DNA from: Epiperipatus broadwayi
Lineage: Eukaryota; Animalia; Onychophora
Direction: 5' to 3'
Assembly (NCBI GenBank): GCA_028023455.1
Contig: JAQFVV010000009.1
Location: forward strand, 17,608,001 to 17,672,000
Length of the DNA stretch: 64,000 nt
Made by a program: the position numbers and the translations under genes. Below the pieces are notes generated by a model that did not search any database, was not told the origin of the DNA, and was given only the letters and a program-made list of their open reading frames with translations. Shown one piece after another: positions 25,549-38,197 of the stretch (the first letter of the stretch is position 1; every line of letters starts with the position of its first letter).

Positions 25549-27534
25549 TGTACTGGGGTGGAGGATTTCCCAGAAAATAATTAAATGGACACATAAATTC
25601 CTGATAGAGTAAACACAATATTTACTTTAACTCTTTGAATAAATTTGTCTTATAAAAGCAAAATTATATGACTAAAATATAATACAATATTATTCCTTGC
25701 AATTTACGTATTGCTCCACCGCGGCTCCTTAGGCAGAGAAGAGAGTACTCAAAGAGTACCTGAATCCAAGCCAGCAGATATATCTGAGAAATATATCTAA
25801 CTGACCACATTTGAAGGAAACAGATTTCTTCTCGATTGTTAAATTCAACATCACGTTCAAAGCACTTTTTTATTTTGTAGAAACATGGGTGCCAGTTACT
25901 TACCCAGAGGATAAATAATGTGCTTTAAACCATTGCCACTCATTCAACACCTAAGATACACCTATGACTAGCTCAGCTACTTGTAATCAATAACAAATTA
26001 TTGTTCCAATTAGTGGTAATAGAATTGTCTGACAAATTAAGCTTTTAAGTTTAAAAGACAATTTATTTTAATTAACATTTATTATACTAATTTTAAATAC
26101 GTTTATAAATCTTATTTAACTAACGTAACACTGATATAATTATCATGCACATTCTTAATTCCCACACTATAATATTATATAACAAAACATTAAATAATAT
26201 TTGACATTTAAAAACACACACATCAATAGTTCATCTATGTATGCTATAGAGTTCATATTACTTTACTCTGGGAGGCTTCAAACTAATGTGATGGCTACTT
26301 TAGAAATGAGAATAAGAAAATGTTATTACCTAGGATTTTAGAACATGGATTTCATCTTGCTGTGAACTTTATTTTAATAGATTTTTGTTTTCTTCCTGGT
26401 TGCTGCTTTAAGTGAGAATATTTCCAGCCAGCTGGGATGTTTTCTTGAGGAGTTTTATTATCATTCATTGGCACTATTCTTGGAGACAGTTAAATATTCC
26501 TGGTGATTCTTCAAGTTGTTATGCAGGCATTTTTCTATTCTGGGCAGGTTGCTGTTTCATTGGACTCAGGCTAGAGAAAGTCATATGTTTCCAAGGTTTT
26601 AACACTGTATTATCAGCTGATCGATTGACTGATTTAATCTCAACTGCTCAATCTCAACTCTCAAGCTCAATTGACTGATTTAATCTCAACTGCTCAATCT
26701 CAACTCTCAAGCTCAACTGTTTTCTAAACTGAACTGTCCAATAAAAAACTGGACTATTTATACTTAAGACCTGCTGTCATTTTGATATCCTCCAGCTATG
26801 TATGTTGTCAAAATTCCTTCCTTGCCATTCCTCTGATAAGCTTTTAATGCGGTGTTTTCATTTAGTAGCCACCACAAACTTATTGTTGTTGTTGTTTTTT
26901 TAACTTAATAGCAGTCGCAAAACTTGTTGTTTTATAGATTTTTAACTTAGTAGCCATCACTGAGTGTTTTTAATTTTTTAACTTTCATTTATTTCATTTT
27001 AACACACACATAGTTATGCTATGTTTACAATCGCACATATATATTTTATTAACAAGCTCACATTAATTTGTCATTTACACACATGTATATTTTATTCTAA
27101 TAAACTCAATATTAGTTTTAATATTATTTTTTCTTTCTTTAACTCAAAAGAGATTTATATTTTTAATTATTTGAAAATCAACTACTTTTTTTCTTTAACA
27201 TTTTAAATGAAGAGAGAGAGATATTTTAATTTCATGTAAAAGATTCATTTAAACCACTATAGTTTTAATCTTTTCTAAGCCAAATTCTCTCCCCCGAATT
27301 ACTTTTAAATTAATTCATAAAACTTTATGAATGATGCAGGGTTTAATTTTCCCCGGGCTAACAGTATTTTCTTCTTTATTTTGAAAAACTCTAAACTTTT
27401 ATACTAAACTTCCCTTTATTAAACTTTTAACTATTTATTATCACATTGAAACATTATGTTGTTTTTATGGGAAATTTCTAATTTTAATAATTTTTAAACA
27501 AAATTATTATAGGCACCAATATGATGTTGGTACA
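25549..27534. mobile_element. Unclassified 1986-bp insertion with TGTAC...GTACA ends (possible long solo LTR)
   Basis: Absent from the equivalent position of the 5' LTR of B. Ends are TGTAC/GTACA with ATAT on both sides. Internal tandem repeat of a ~46-bp unit (~26626-26718). On the minus strand TATAAATAG is followed by CAGTT motifs (~26720-26765). Confidence 0.5.
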
Positions 27535-27959
27535 ATATATATATAAACAGTATAAAAGTACAAATATTTACATATTAGTTGATATAGGTATATACAATAA
27601 ATCTTGCATAATGATATAAAGCTAAATGTTACCCATAGTGTCCGAGCTTTACAATTTTGATCACTTCAGCCATTTTTACTTATGGCTTTGTCATGGCTTT
27701 GTCATGGAATCCTATTAATTATTCCAATGTATTTTATATCAGTTCCATACTGGAAAATCCTGGACTGAGAGAGTGAGAATATGACTTTGCCTCCTTTTAT
27801 CTTCATCAGTTTATCCAGTATCTTTTTCAGGAGTGTAAACCGACTGCAGCACTCTTTTTAAATTTATTTACTAGAGTAACAACAACAGGTATGTGACATT
27901 TCAGTTCACTAATTTACAAATACACAGCAGTCCTTCTCCATTCTAGAAATAAACGGTGC

Positions 27960-30900
27960 CTTTAATTTAAAATGAAATCTTTAAATTTAATCGGCAGTTG
28001 GTGTACTCTAAAGACCTTGGGTATGTTCACTCTATCTCCATCTGGGATGTGTGTGAGTTCCAGTAGTGGTTCACACTTCAGATTTTCTTTTTTAAGTGAT
28101 TTTAAGTCTAATTCATTATCATGATTAGTTTCATCTCCAGGTCTCCCATTTAGCTTTGTTTCAGGTAACATGTTAAAATAATCATCTGATATAGTGTGTT
28201 CGCATTGATAGCAAAGGTGATTAATGTGTTTTCTAAAAGCTTTGCCATTTTGCAAAGCAAGTAGGTAAATTTGCTTTGATGGTAACTGTTTAACTACTCC
28301 TAGAATTCATTTACATTTCAACACATCGTTTATCCAAATGCTCTCCCCATATAAAAATTTCCTAGCTTGAAAAGGTTGTCTGACCTTAGCCTTGTTGGGT
28401 AACAGTTGACTCAGATGAGGGTGGAGGACATGACACATTAATAACTCATCAGGGTTTTTCCAGCTGCTATATTCGGAGTAAATTGCTGCATGTACATGGC
28501 TTAAGTCAAAGCTTCTGATATGTTCTGCACTTTTAGTTTTTTCAAAGTATATTTCAGATGTTGAACTCCTTGCTTAGCTATACCATTACTTTCAGAATGG
28601 TATGGAGGTGTAAGAATGTGTTTTATCCTTCTGCCACTCAGAAAGTCTATAAATTCTTTTGAAGTAAAACCTGAGCCATTATCAGTCACAATAGGATAGC
28701 CATGTGTAGCAAACAATTCATTTAAAACTTGGATGGTACTTTTGGCACTGGTATCCTTAACTAATCTGTACTTGGTCCATTGTGAATACACATCAATCAA
28801 TAATAGTATTAAATGTCCATTTAATGGCTCAACATGGTTCATATGAATGTGCAGTTAATGGAGAACTAGGCATTTCCCAAGTTTCAAACTGTTTGGGAGG
28901 TAATTTAGTTGTCTATTGACAGTTTACACATTCTTTTATCATATTTTTAATATCAGCTGTCAAATTTGGCCACCCCACATATGATCTCACTAGAGCTTTC
29001 ATATACACAACTCCTGGGTGTCCTTGTTGCAATAGTTTTAAAATTTTCACCCTGTCCTTAGTAGAGACTAATACACTGTCATTATACAATATGCATCCAT
29101 TATAAACAGAGAGTCTTTTTTGGGCAATCCAAATTGCTTTATTTAACTCTCTGGAGCATTTTATTGGCCATCCATTTCTTATCCATTTTATTAATTGGAC
29201 ATAATTTGTATCTTTCTTTGTCCAATCAGCTATGACTTTGCTATTTATGTTTTTTGAATTTAACTGTCAATGTAGTTTATTTCTTTTAATTTTATACACA
29301 TTTTTTTTAACATCCAGCAATCTGGAGAAAGCATCAGAATGTCCAATCTTCTTTCCTGGCTTATATATCAACTTGTAATCATAATGTGACAAAATGTTTA
29401 TCCACTGTAACATACGTTGACTCAAAGGTCCAGATAACTTTTTTTCACAGCCAAAAATCCCCGTTAGAGGTGATGATCAGTATAAATCATGAAATTCCAT
29501 CCATACACATATTGATGGAACTTCTATAATGCAAAAACCATGACCAATGCTTCCTTGTCCACTTGACTATAGTTTTTTCTGCTGACATCAGCACTCTAGA
29601 AGTGAAAGCGATCAGGCATTCCCCTTCATAGCATGGATGTGAGATGACAGCTCCCATGCCATATTCAAAGACATTCATTGTAATACACACAGCCCAATCA
29701 CTCCGGTAATGAACTAATAGTGCTTCTGATGTAAGCAAGTCTTTTGCAGCTTTAAATGCATTATCCTGTTCAATATTCCAGATACAACATTGTTTTTTCT
29801 TTAATAGCATATACAACGGCAATAATACATGCAATTTTCCTGCTAAAAAACTTTTGTAGAAATTCAGCAGTCCCAAAAATGCTTGCAGCTCTTTCACATT
29901 TCTTGGATTTTCTGCATTCTTTACGACTTTCACTTTTTCAAGATCTGGATGATGACCAAATGCATTTATAATATGTCCTAGGAATTTCTCTCACAGACTA
30001 TATGCATTTTCTTACATTTACTTTTGCTTTGGCTTGTACTAGCTTTGAGCAAACCGGATCTACTCACTTTTCAAGTTCAGTCTCTGTCACTCCAATATTG
30101 AATCAGAATATCATCCAGATAAAAGATTATGCCATCAATGGATCTAAGCAACATATCCATTTTTGCTTGGAAAATGTTTGTGTGACTGTTATGCCATATG
30201 GTAATTTGTTGCACTTAAGTAATCCTTTATGTGTAGTTAATGTGAGTAGCTCTGCTGTATTTTTTGTTATGGGAATCTGGTGAAAGACAGCTTCAAATCT
30301 ATTTTAGTGAAAAAATTAGCTTTCTGTAATAACACCAGCACCTCTAGCACACTTGGAACCATATAAGTTCCTTTGTTTATGTATTTATTTATAGTGATTC
30401 GATAATCCCAACATAACCATATACTTCCATCTGGTTTTATAATAGGCACTATAGGGGTCACCCAGGATGACTCTTCCATAGGGGTTAAAACTCCTTTAGA
30501 CACCAGATCTGTTATTGCATTTTCTACCTTCTCTCTCATCACAAATGGTATCTTTTGAGGTATACATATAACCACTTTTGCTTTCTATACCAGTTATATA
30601 TCAACTGGTCTCATTCTGAATTCAGATAATCCCAGCATAAACAATTCTGGATATAGTTTTTTCATTATATTTTCAATTCAAACTGTTTTTAGTATGTTTA
30701 TATGTATCCCCAAAGAGGTGAACCAATTTCTACCGAATAGTAGGCTAATATCCTTATTTACTATATATAGTACTAGGAATTTATGTCTCGAATTTAACAT
30801 CATTGGTACGGTAACTTTTCGATGAATGTCAACTCTATTTCCATTTATGTCTACAACCAGCACATCTGATTTACATAGATTTAGCTTATTATCATTATTA

Positions 30901-31076
30901 CAGTCTTGTGTGATCTTCATCCAATCTTTATGAGACAGTAGTGACAACCCAGCACCACTATCCACTTCCATAGTGATCCATTTTCTGCAAATTTGCAACT
31001 CTAAAAGGATATGATTCGTTTTCATGTCACTATTATGTATGGCCTTTATGGATGATTTTCTGTATTCCACATCTCC
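27960..31076 (-). pseudogene. pol: pol remnant of element B (PR-RT-RH-IN)
   Basis: ORF-track fragments ITMEVDSGAG; KIPFVMREKVE...WVTPIVPIIKPDGSIWLCWDYR; ELQAFLGLLNFY; LILLLIDVYSQW...IVTDNGSGFTSKEF...PPYHSESNGIAK. Confidence 0.9.
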
Positions 31077-31136
31077 CTGAGATTTGAAATCAGTTGGGGT
31101 TATCCCACACAGGTTCAAATCCTGTTAACTGTGCCA
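31077..31136 (+). pseudogene. Captured copy of the 3' ~60 nt of mature tRNA-Ser(UGA), including CCA, at the PBS of element B
   Basis: CTGA(GA)-TT TGA AA-TCAGT | TGGGGTTATCCCA (long variable arm) | ACAGG-TTCAAAT-CCTGT (T arm) | TAACTGT-G-CCA. The CCA end lies 3 nt from the LTR edge at 31140. Differences from a canonical tRNA-Ser are mostly CpG-type transitions. Confidence 0.85.
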
Positions 31137-31225
31137 TGCTGCTATGTCTGAGGGTTTCTATCTTTCAGAAAACCAGTCAGATAGCATAAAGAAATAATGA
31201 GCATACGCTTGCTATTTTGTATATA

Positions 31226-32220
31226 CACCTGGTCTCTTTTTACGTGGATTTATTTAACGCAATTTTGAAGTTACGCAATCCATGTTTCTTCGGAACTCCG
31301 ATAATGCGCTATTACTTTAAATAATAAATTTCACGCACTTACGTCATATTGAAAGTAATAGCACATTATTGGAATTTGACTTTCATCTTAGTAATTTCAA
31401 TATTTTCAGTGCTTTATAATAGTAAGATTTTATGCAATAATGAAATTAAAATCATGATTTCCACATTTTATGTATACACACATTAAATTTTACAAGATTA
31501 TAATGTAAATTTGTTCAAACATTGTGCGTGTTAATTTTGCATTTTAAATCACATTCTTTTTTTCTTTTTAAAAAAGAACGTAATCAATTATTAATCCTTT
31601 AGTGTCCGCAAGTTTATTTTTAATTATTTTCTTATTAATGACACTAATCATGAACGTGCTCTTAAATTCCGAGAGCTAAATGGTTGTATGTCTGAATATT
31701 GCGAGCTTCATAAACAATTAATAAAATCATTGTCTCAAAGATTAATTACTAATTACGTTGTCACCAGAAAATCATTAACACAACATGAGAGTGAAGTTGG
31801 CGCTAGTTGTATTTCCTCTTGTGAAGAATCTGATTTTTTACCATTTTGCAAACGAACTTATTTATCGGCAAGTAGCGATAATAATTAAAACATGTATAAA
31901 AAAATGTCAATTACTGTACTGTAAATTATGCATAAAAATATATTATTTTGAATAAAATTAAATATTATATTTAAAAAAAGTTTGTCTTGTATCAATTTTT
32001 TTCAAATTTGAAATTTTTTATTAGTCATATTTTATTTCCTTATTTTTTTTTTGCACGAATTTTAATGTAATTTTACATTGGTGCTTTGCTTTTACATAAT
32101 TTTTGAAAAATCACAGTCCGTATCCCCCCTTTTTCAAGGTAAGGTAGTCTATTTTTGCACGATTTCATTTGCGCGTGTTTTCTGAGGAACCTATCTATTG
32201 CATAAAACAAGACCCAGGTG
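31226..32220. mobile_element. Tc1/mariner-superfamily (pogo/Tigger-like) MITE inserted in the 5' LTR of B
   Basis: Imperfect ~20-bp TIRs CACCTGGTCTCTTTTTACG / CACCTGGGTCTTGTTTTATG with TA on both sides. The short ORF 31688-31888 (LIKSLSQRLITNY) may be a transposase C-terminal relic. CpGs retained. Confidence 0.75.
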
Positions 32221-33651
32221 TATATTTAATCCATATTTAAACAGTATAAAAGTACAAATATTTACATATTAGTTGATATATGTATATATGTATATACAAT
32301 AAATCTTGCATAATGCTATAAAGTTAAATGTTACCCATACATGTCTGAGCCTTACAATTTTGATCACTTCAACCATTTTCACTTATGACTTTGTCATGGA
32401 ATCCTATTAATTATTCCAATGCATTTTATATTGGCTCCATACTGGAGAATCTTGGACTGAGAGAGTGAGAATATGATTCTGCCTCCTTTTATCTTCATAA
32501 GTTTATCCAGCATCTTTTTCAGGAGTGTAAACCGACTGCAGCACTCTCTTTAAAGTTATTTACTAGAGTAATGACAACAGGTACATGACATTTCAGTTCA
32601 CTAATTTACAAATACACAGCACTATCTAGTGAAACAAACCAAGTACTTATTTTTTAATACTTATCCAATATAATCTATGAATGAACAAAATAACAATGGC
32701 TTCTAAAAATTTATCGAATAAACAAAAAATGAAAATTAACAATTTCTTCTCTTAAATAAATCCTGAACTCCTAATTTTTGGAGTATATAATAAAGAATAG
32801 CATGTTCAATATAACTAAGTTATTAACAATATTAAAAAGATTAAATTATTTTTTTAACAGTTGGTTTTAGTATAATTGTTTTATTATTGAAAAAATATGA
32901 GAGAAACTATCCTTATTAATAGAAAACATAAATAAGTTAAATGTGGATTTTAAAACAAATAATTTTTTTTAAGAAGTTGATGTTAATGGAAATATTGAAC
33001 TAATACAAGAAAAGCTATTTTTGTTAATGCAAAACATAAACAAGATATTTGTAAGTTTCAGAATTAAAAGTGACTAATTGATTTTTTAAAATTATCATTT
33101 TTAATAAATTAGTGTTAACAGTATATAAGAATTGCATCAACTATGTTTATGACTAATTGCGAATTAAAGTTGACCTAATTGGATGGTCTGAATGAATTAT
33201 AAACTTGTTCTAGGTGGGGTGGTCCTAGTGAAATGTAAACATTACATTAGCATTGTTATGATTATTGTGCAAAAAATATGATGGAAACAAACCAATATAT
33301 TGTAACATACATAATTATAAGTGTTACATGAGGTATTTTATGTTAAGAATATTTAGAAAAAAATTATGTATTATTTTTTTATTAACAAAAAAGACTGTCA
33401 GTTTAATAAATAAAATAAAGAGAATTTAAAATAAATGAAAAGTTGGTTAACAGGAAAAGAAAATGAAAATAAAACTCTGTATCCTAATCTCAATTTAAAA
33501 TAATAAAAAAAATAAAAAAATAGATGAGGGGAAAAATAATTAAAATATAAAGTAAGAATTTTAATTACATTTACTATTTGAAAGGATGTATCTTCTCTTT
33601 TAATTAAAAGAAAAAATTCCAAAATGTTATGACGTATAATAAAAAATAAAA

Positions 33652-33854
33652 CAGGCAAAACTCTCTCCGTATTGCCACTCAGTGCAAGCCAGAGCAATCG
33701 ATGGATGCCAGAAGGCTTGTGCATAAAATCCCCATCTACTACCTACTCATCCAATATCCCCAGACTAGTTTCTGGCTTGTGGCTTTCATCAGTGATGAAC
33801 CTTGGATCTGAGAGCACTGCACCTAGAAATAGTGATCATGTGATGTTTATTGGC
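33652..33854. mobile_element. Hammerhead-bearing element, family F2 (short copy), in the 5' LTR of C
   Basis: TSD TATAAT(AA/G)AAAATAAAA at 33635-33651 and 33855-33870; the empty site is in the 3' LTR (~41775-41792). Minus-strand hammerhead at 33757-33798: UCAUCA-CUGAUGA-aAGCcacaaGCCa-GAAA-CUAG-UC^UGGGGA. The last ~30 bp is inverted relative to the rest. Confidence 0.8.
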
Positions 33855-36776
33855 TATAATGAAAATAAAAGAAAACTAATTGTGTAATAATTATAAAGTT
33901 ACTTGATGAAAAATATGATTTAATTCAAAGATAAAAATAATTTTGCAAATTGTCTAATCAAAAAGAGAATTTTTTATTGGAAATTTAGTAATCTATTCAA
34001 CTGATTACACAATAAATACTTTAATATATGTTGTAATTAAATAAATAGATATTAGAAGAGATTAACTAATTAGAAAAAAATAGAAAAACTGATTAATGAT
34101 GGTGACCTCAGATAATGATTTTGTTAAGGTTATAAAGGCTACTAAATTTCTGTTAAAATTATTTTGCTGTTATTTATTCTGCTGATATTTTTGATTTGAA
34201 TCCTGTTAATTGGATTCAGTTGTTGCTTTGCTGACTTATCACCTGCTGAATTTTGGAGATTGCTTTATCAAGAATAACTACTTTATACTACAGTGATGTA
34301 TAGCTATTTCCGAGGACACTCTAACATTACCATGAAATGCTGAACTTGCTATGGAGTATTCATTCAGTTTTCATCAGTTTTTATAAATTTGATAGCCTAC
34401 AATGTGACAAATATCTTTGACCTGCCATTGCTGAGACATTACCCATAATTATTGAAGACTACTAACTGAACAAGGCTACATATATATATATATATATATG
34501 CTATCCCAAAAAGAAGCAACAAGCTGTTAAAAGAAATTGGAAAACCTTTTCAAGAATGCCTGTCACCAACTATATAAACTGTCAAGAAGAAAGGAGTTAT
34601 CACTCTAGAAAACTATTGCAAAACCTAGGTCAATATAAGAAAATAATTCAACATCTAAATGTAAAATGATATACAAGGATAAGGTTTCATTCTCTTAATA
34701 AACTTTTGTAAAATTAGAAATGATAAATTCTTACTATCTAGTTAAAGTAGATTTAACTACACTGAATAACTCTGTATTACTTTGATTTAATTTTATTTTT
34801 TGTTCTTATTATTATAATGGTCATGTTTGTATATTCACACAACAAAATTCAGAGTTCTGGCAAATTACACTAAAGCTGATCCAGATGAGGGTTAAGATTG
34901 CAAATCTGACCACACTTCAACTCCTTTATCAGTGCTCCATGATTTAATACCTTATTGATGACATTTGTGAGGTTACACTGGATCTCAATTTTCCTTGTGA
35001 GCTGGCATAACACACACTAATGGCTAAAAAAAACTAATGCATATATATATATATCAATTAATACTAATTTGGATGGATTTTAGAGTGATTTAAAGTGGAC
35101 TGTGAGAGATAACCCTGAACAATATTGTAATTTAAATATCTTTAATATAAAATAAACAAATTAATTAATATAATAACAAACAGATATGCATTAGTTGGGC
35201 TTTACACACACAGGTGTTACTAAAATGATGACATGATTTAGATTACAGGAGTATCATACCAACTATTCCTAGGTGTGCTACTGAGAAGCTAAATATAATA
35301 GAGATGATATATGATAAAACGTTAATTTATTTATTTTAATATATTAATTTAGGTGCACTAATATGCTCTACATACAGATTCCTTTAGTGAACCAGATTCC
35401 ATGTTCAGACTCATGCTGAAATTTACTAATATAGCAGAACAAACTGGTTATTATAGCAAGGCTTCTAATATTATGATGCTAAAATACTAAATTAAAGTGT
35501 GGTTCCTTTGGATTGTATGACTTGCTAGAATAATGAAGAACTTTAGTTCAGAGTGTTGGAACAGCTTTGAAAATTGGTTCTGGACACTCATATTCTAGTT
35601 TTAAGTACAGCTGTCTGAACTAAATGGATGGTCCATCACTGTAAGCCCATTTTAAAAGTAAACATATCAAGGTATAAATACACATATAGTGTTTAGTAAA
35701 AACACATTTGTAATGCTTATAGAATACTATTAAAATTAAAGATAAATTTATAAGTTCTAAATTCTATAGTTTTGTTCAGTGTAACTACCTTGACCCAGTT
35801 CTCAATTTAGAATACCTTAAACATGCTAAGAAGATTCATTAATAGCAATCTAGTTTAGAAATACTGAATTTGTATATTTCATATAATAAACTAGAGAGTA
35901 GAAAAGTATATTTTGAGGTTTAAGCAATAATTACAATATGACTTTAGTATTATCCCTGCCATTATCTAACTAATATGTATACATATTAATAATTTGCAAA
36001 CCTTACTGACAAGCTAATACATAATAGCTTAAACAAACACACGTATAACAATGAGCATTTAATGGTCTGTTGTTATATATAAAAACAGATTCCAAAACAG
36101 AGATTTATGTTTGTTAAAAACAGCAAGAAATATTGTAATGGAGAGCTTCTAATCATCTCTCATGAAAGTTTATTAAATTACTTATATCTGTCTTGAAATT
36201 ATGGCATATCATAACATATAAATTAAGAATAAAATAAAATAATCAAAATATAAATATAGGCATGACTGCAGATTAACCAAAGTTAAATACAGTTATTACA
36301 TTGAAGAGAAGTTATTTAAAATTACATTTATATTCATTTTTATAGGCAAGATAGATTTAATTATTTCAAGTTTAGAAACTTTATTTAGAAACTTTATTTT
36401 ACAGAGTTTTATTTAACTGAGGATTATAAGTTATGGTTTTATGAACGTTCATTACAGACAGCTAGCTTAAGAATTTATTAGGAATTTTAAAGAGATTTAT
36501 AGAGCTCTGTGGAGAAGAAATATTACCAATCTTCTTCTGGGCTGAATTGTCTGGTATTTGAATAGGCACTTCTCTGAATAAGTTTGTCTCCTTGGTATCT
36601 TCTTTGACAGCTGGTGAAACTGGTCTCAATTCCATGATGATGATGATGATTTGCAGCAGGTTAAAGATCATCATTTTTCAAAGGAAAATAGCAAAGCTTT
36701 TCCTTCCTAGCCACTCATGTTAATTTTAAATGGGTGTAGCTCCCAGCACTATCTGCTTAACTTTATAAGAGAGAGG

Positions 36777-36876
36777 TTTTTTTTTGTGTCATAGCATCAG
36801 CCGGGATGCGAACCCGCAACCCGGGCAACTGCCTGCAAGTGCAAGGCAGTCATGCTGACCTTGCGACCACCAATGC
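36777..36876 (-). mobile_element. tRNA-Gly-derived short SINE (copy 2)
   Basis: Minus strand GCATTGGTGGTCGCAAGGTCAGCATGACTGCCTTGC...GCAGTTGCCCGGGTTGCGGGTTCGCATCCCGGCTGATGC, then tail and poly(A). Closely follows eukaryotic tRNA-Gly(UCC). TSD AAGAGAGAG at 36767-36775 and 36877-36885. Confidence 0.85.
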
Positions 36877-38155
36877 AAGAGAGAGTTTAGTGCTGAAAAT
36901 TTGGGGTTTTTTATATTAGATTTCTAATCTCTCCCTGTAAAACCTATTAACTTGTTTACAACTTTTAAATTTACCATATTTAAGTTTTACATCAACCTCT
37001 TGGTAAAGACAAAAGAAAATCTCTAGCAGATTAAAAGCAGCACTGCATGGATGATTTTGCTTTTGCCCAAGATATATTTTAAATTTGTTATTTTTAAAAT
37101 CTATGTTTGACTCCACACAAATCTAACACAAGTGCATGTGGCATGATCTCTTTACCAAGAATTATTCAATATTTTTAAAACTAAATTATTTTTGCATAAA
37201 CATTCTGCTATATATGTATGTTGGTCACTCTTGGAATTGAAAATATATGTGAGTCTTAAGTCAAATAATGAATAAATTCATTCATTAAATTTATAACAAA
37301 TTAAAGATTTTAAAATATAAATATAATTGTGTTGTAATGCTTATTAAATCTATTGTGTTACAGCTTACTCACATATATAAGTGCACTAATAGATATATAA
37401 TGATGTTTATACAATTAAGCATTTAATTTAACATATGAAATATATTTGAATATACGTATTATACATAGTCATACATGTAGGTACCTAAATATACATGACT
37501 ATACATAAATATATGTACTTGGCTAGGTTTAAACTTAGAATAATGACTACTATGGAACATAGTAGGTGAAATGGGATGTGTTAATAAATACCATTTCATT
37601 ATTATAGTAATGCTTATTTTGTGAATAAATATGACATTTTAATAAGTTGATTTGGCCTAAATTCTCTATTTCTGTACCTCACCATATGACATTAAAAGAT
37701 GAAATTTGTCAATTATATTGTTTGTGTTTAAATAAGCATTGTTTGATAGCCTAAATTAAAGTACATTTTTTGTTCATTTGAGCTAACTGTGAAATCAAGT
37801 TATTGAACTGTTTAAAATCTTTTGTGGATATTTCATTTAATTCTGGCTGGTGTTCAAGGGTTTTGTCCTCAGTATAAATGAAAAGTATTCACAGGAGAGG
37901 TATTTTGCTTCTAGTAATTGGTCTTGAAAGATGGCTGCAGTTTGTGTATTTATAAACAATCTTGATCTGACTATTGGTATGGTATAATATGTAAAATTAT
38001 TGACCATATTAACTTTTCTGACTGTGTAATAGTATTTCAAATTTAAAACAGGCAAAACTCACTATACGTATTGTCACACACAGCAAGCTAGAGTAATCAA
38101 TGGATGCCAGAAGGCTTGTGCATAAAATCCCCATCTAGTGCCTACTCATCCAATA

Positions 38156-38197
38156 TCCCCAGACTAGTTTCTGGCATGAAGCCTTCATCAGTGTGGA
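38156..38197 (-). ncRNA. Minimal type I hammerhead ribozyme (F2)
   Basis: UCCACA-CUGAUGA-aGGCuucauGCCa-GAAA-CUAG-UC^UGGGGA. Both boxes are intact, stem III is the palindrome CUAG and the site is GUC. It is atypical in having an A/A juxtaposition at the base of stem II and one stem I mismatch. Confidence 0.7.

Larger units (their letters stand above)
25259..32621 (-). mobile_element. Ty3/Gypsy LTR retrotransposon B (gag-deleted, nested insertions in both LTRs)
   Basis: Perfect 5-bp TSD CTATC at 25254-25258 and 32622-32626. LTRs TG...CA at 31140-32621 (5') and 25259-27929 (3'). PPT AGAATGGAGAAGGAC next to 27930. PR MEVDSGAG (ORF 30678-31118), RT (30267-30575), RH (29487-29933), IN core (28501-28842). 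Confidence 0.95.

Noticed and set aside
30678-31118. Antisense tRNA supplying a new start codon for the protease ORF
   Set aside because: The ORF-track start is TTG, not ATG, and the downstream pol is frameshifted; no evidence of function.
36916-37116. ORF possibly from a P-element/THAP9-like transposase
   Set aside because: No catalytic motif could be recognised with confidence.
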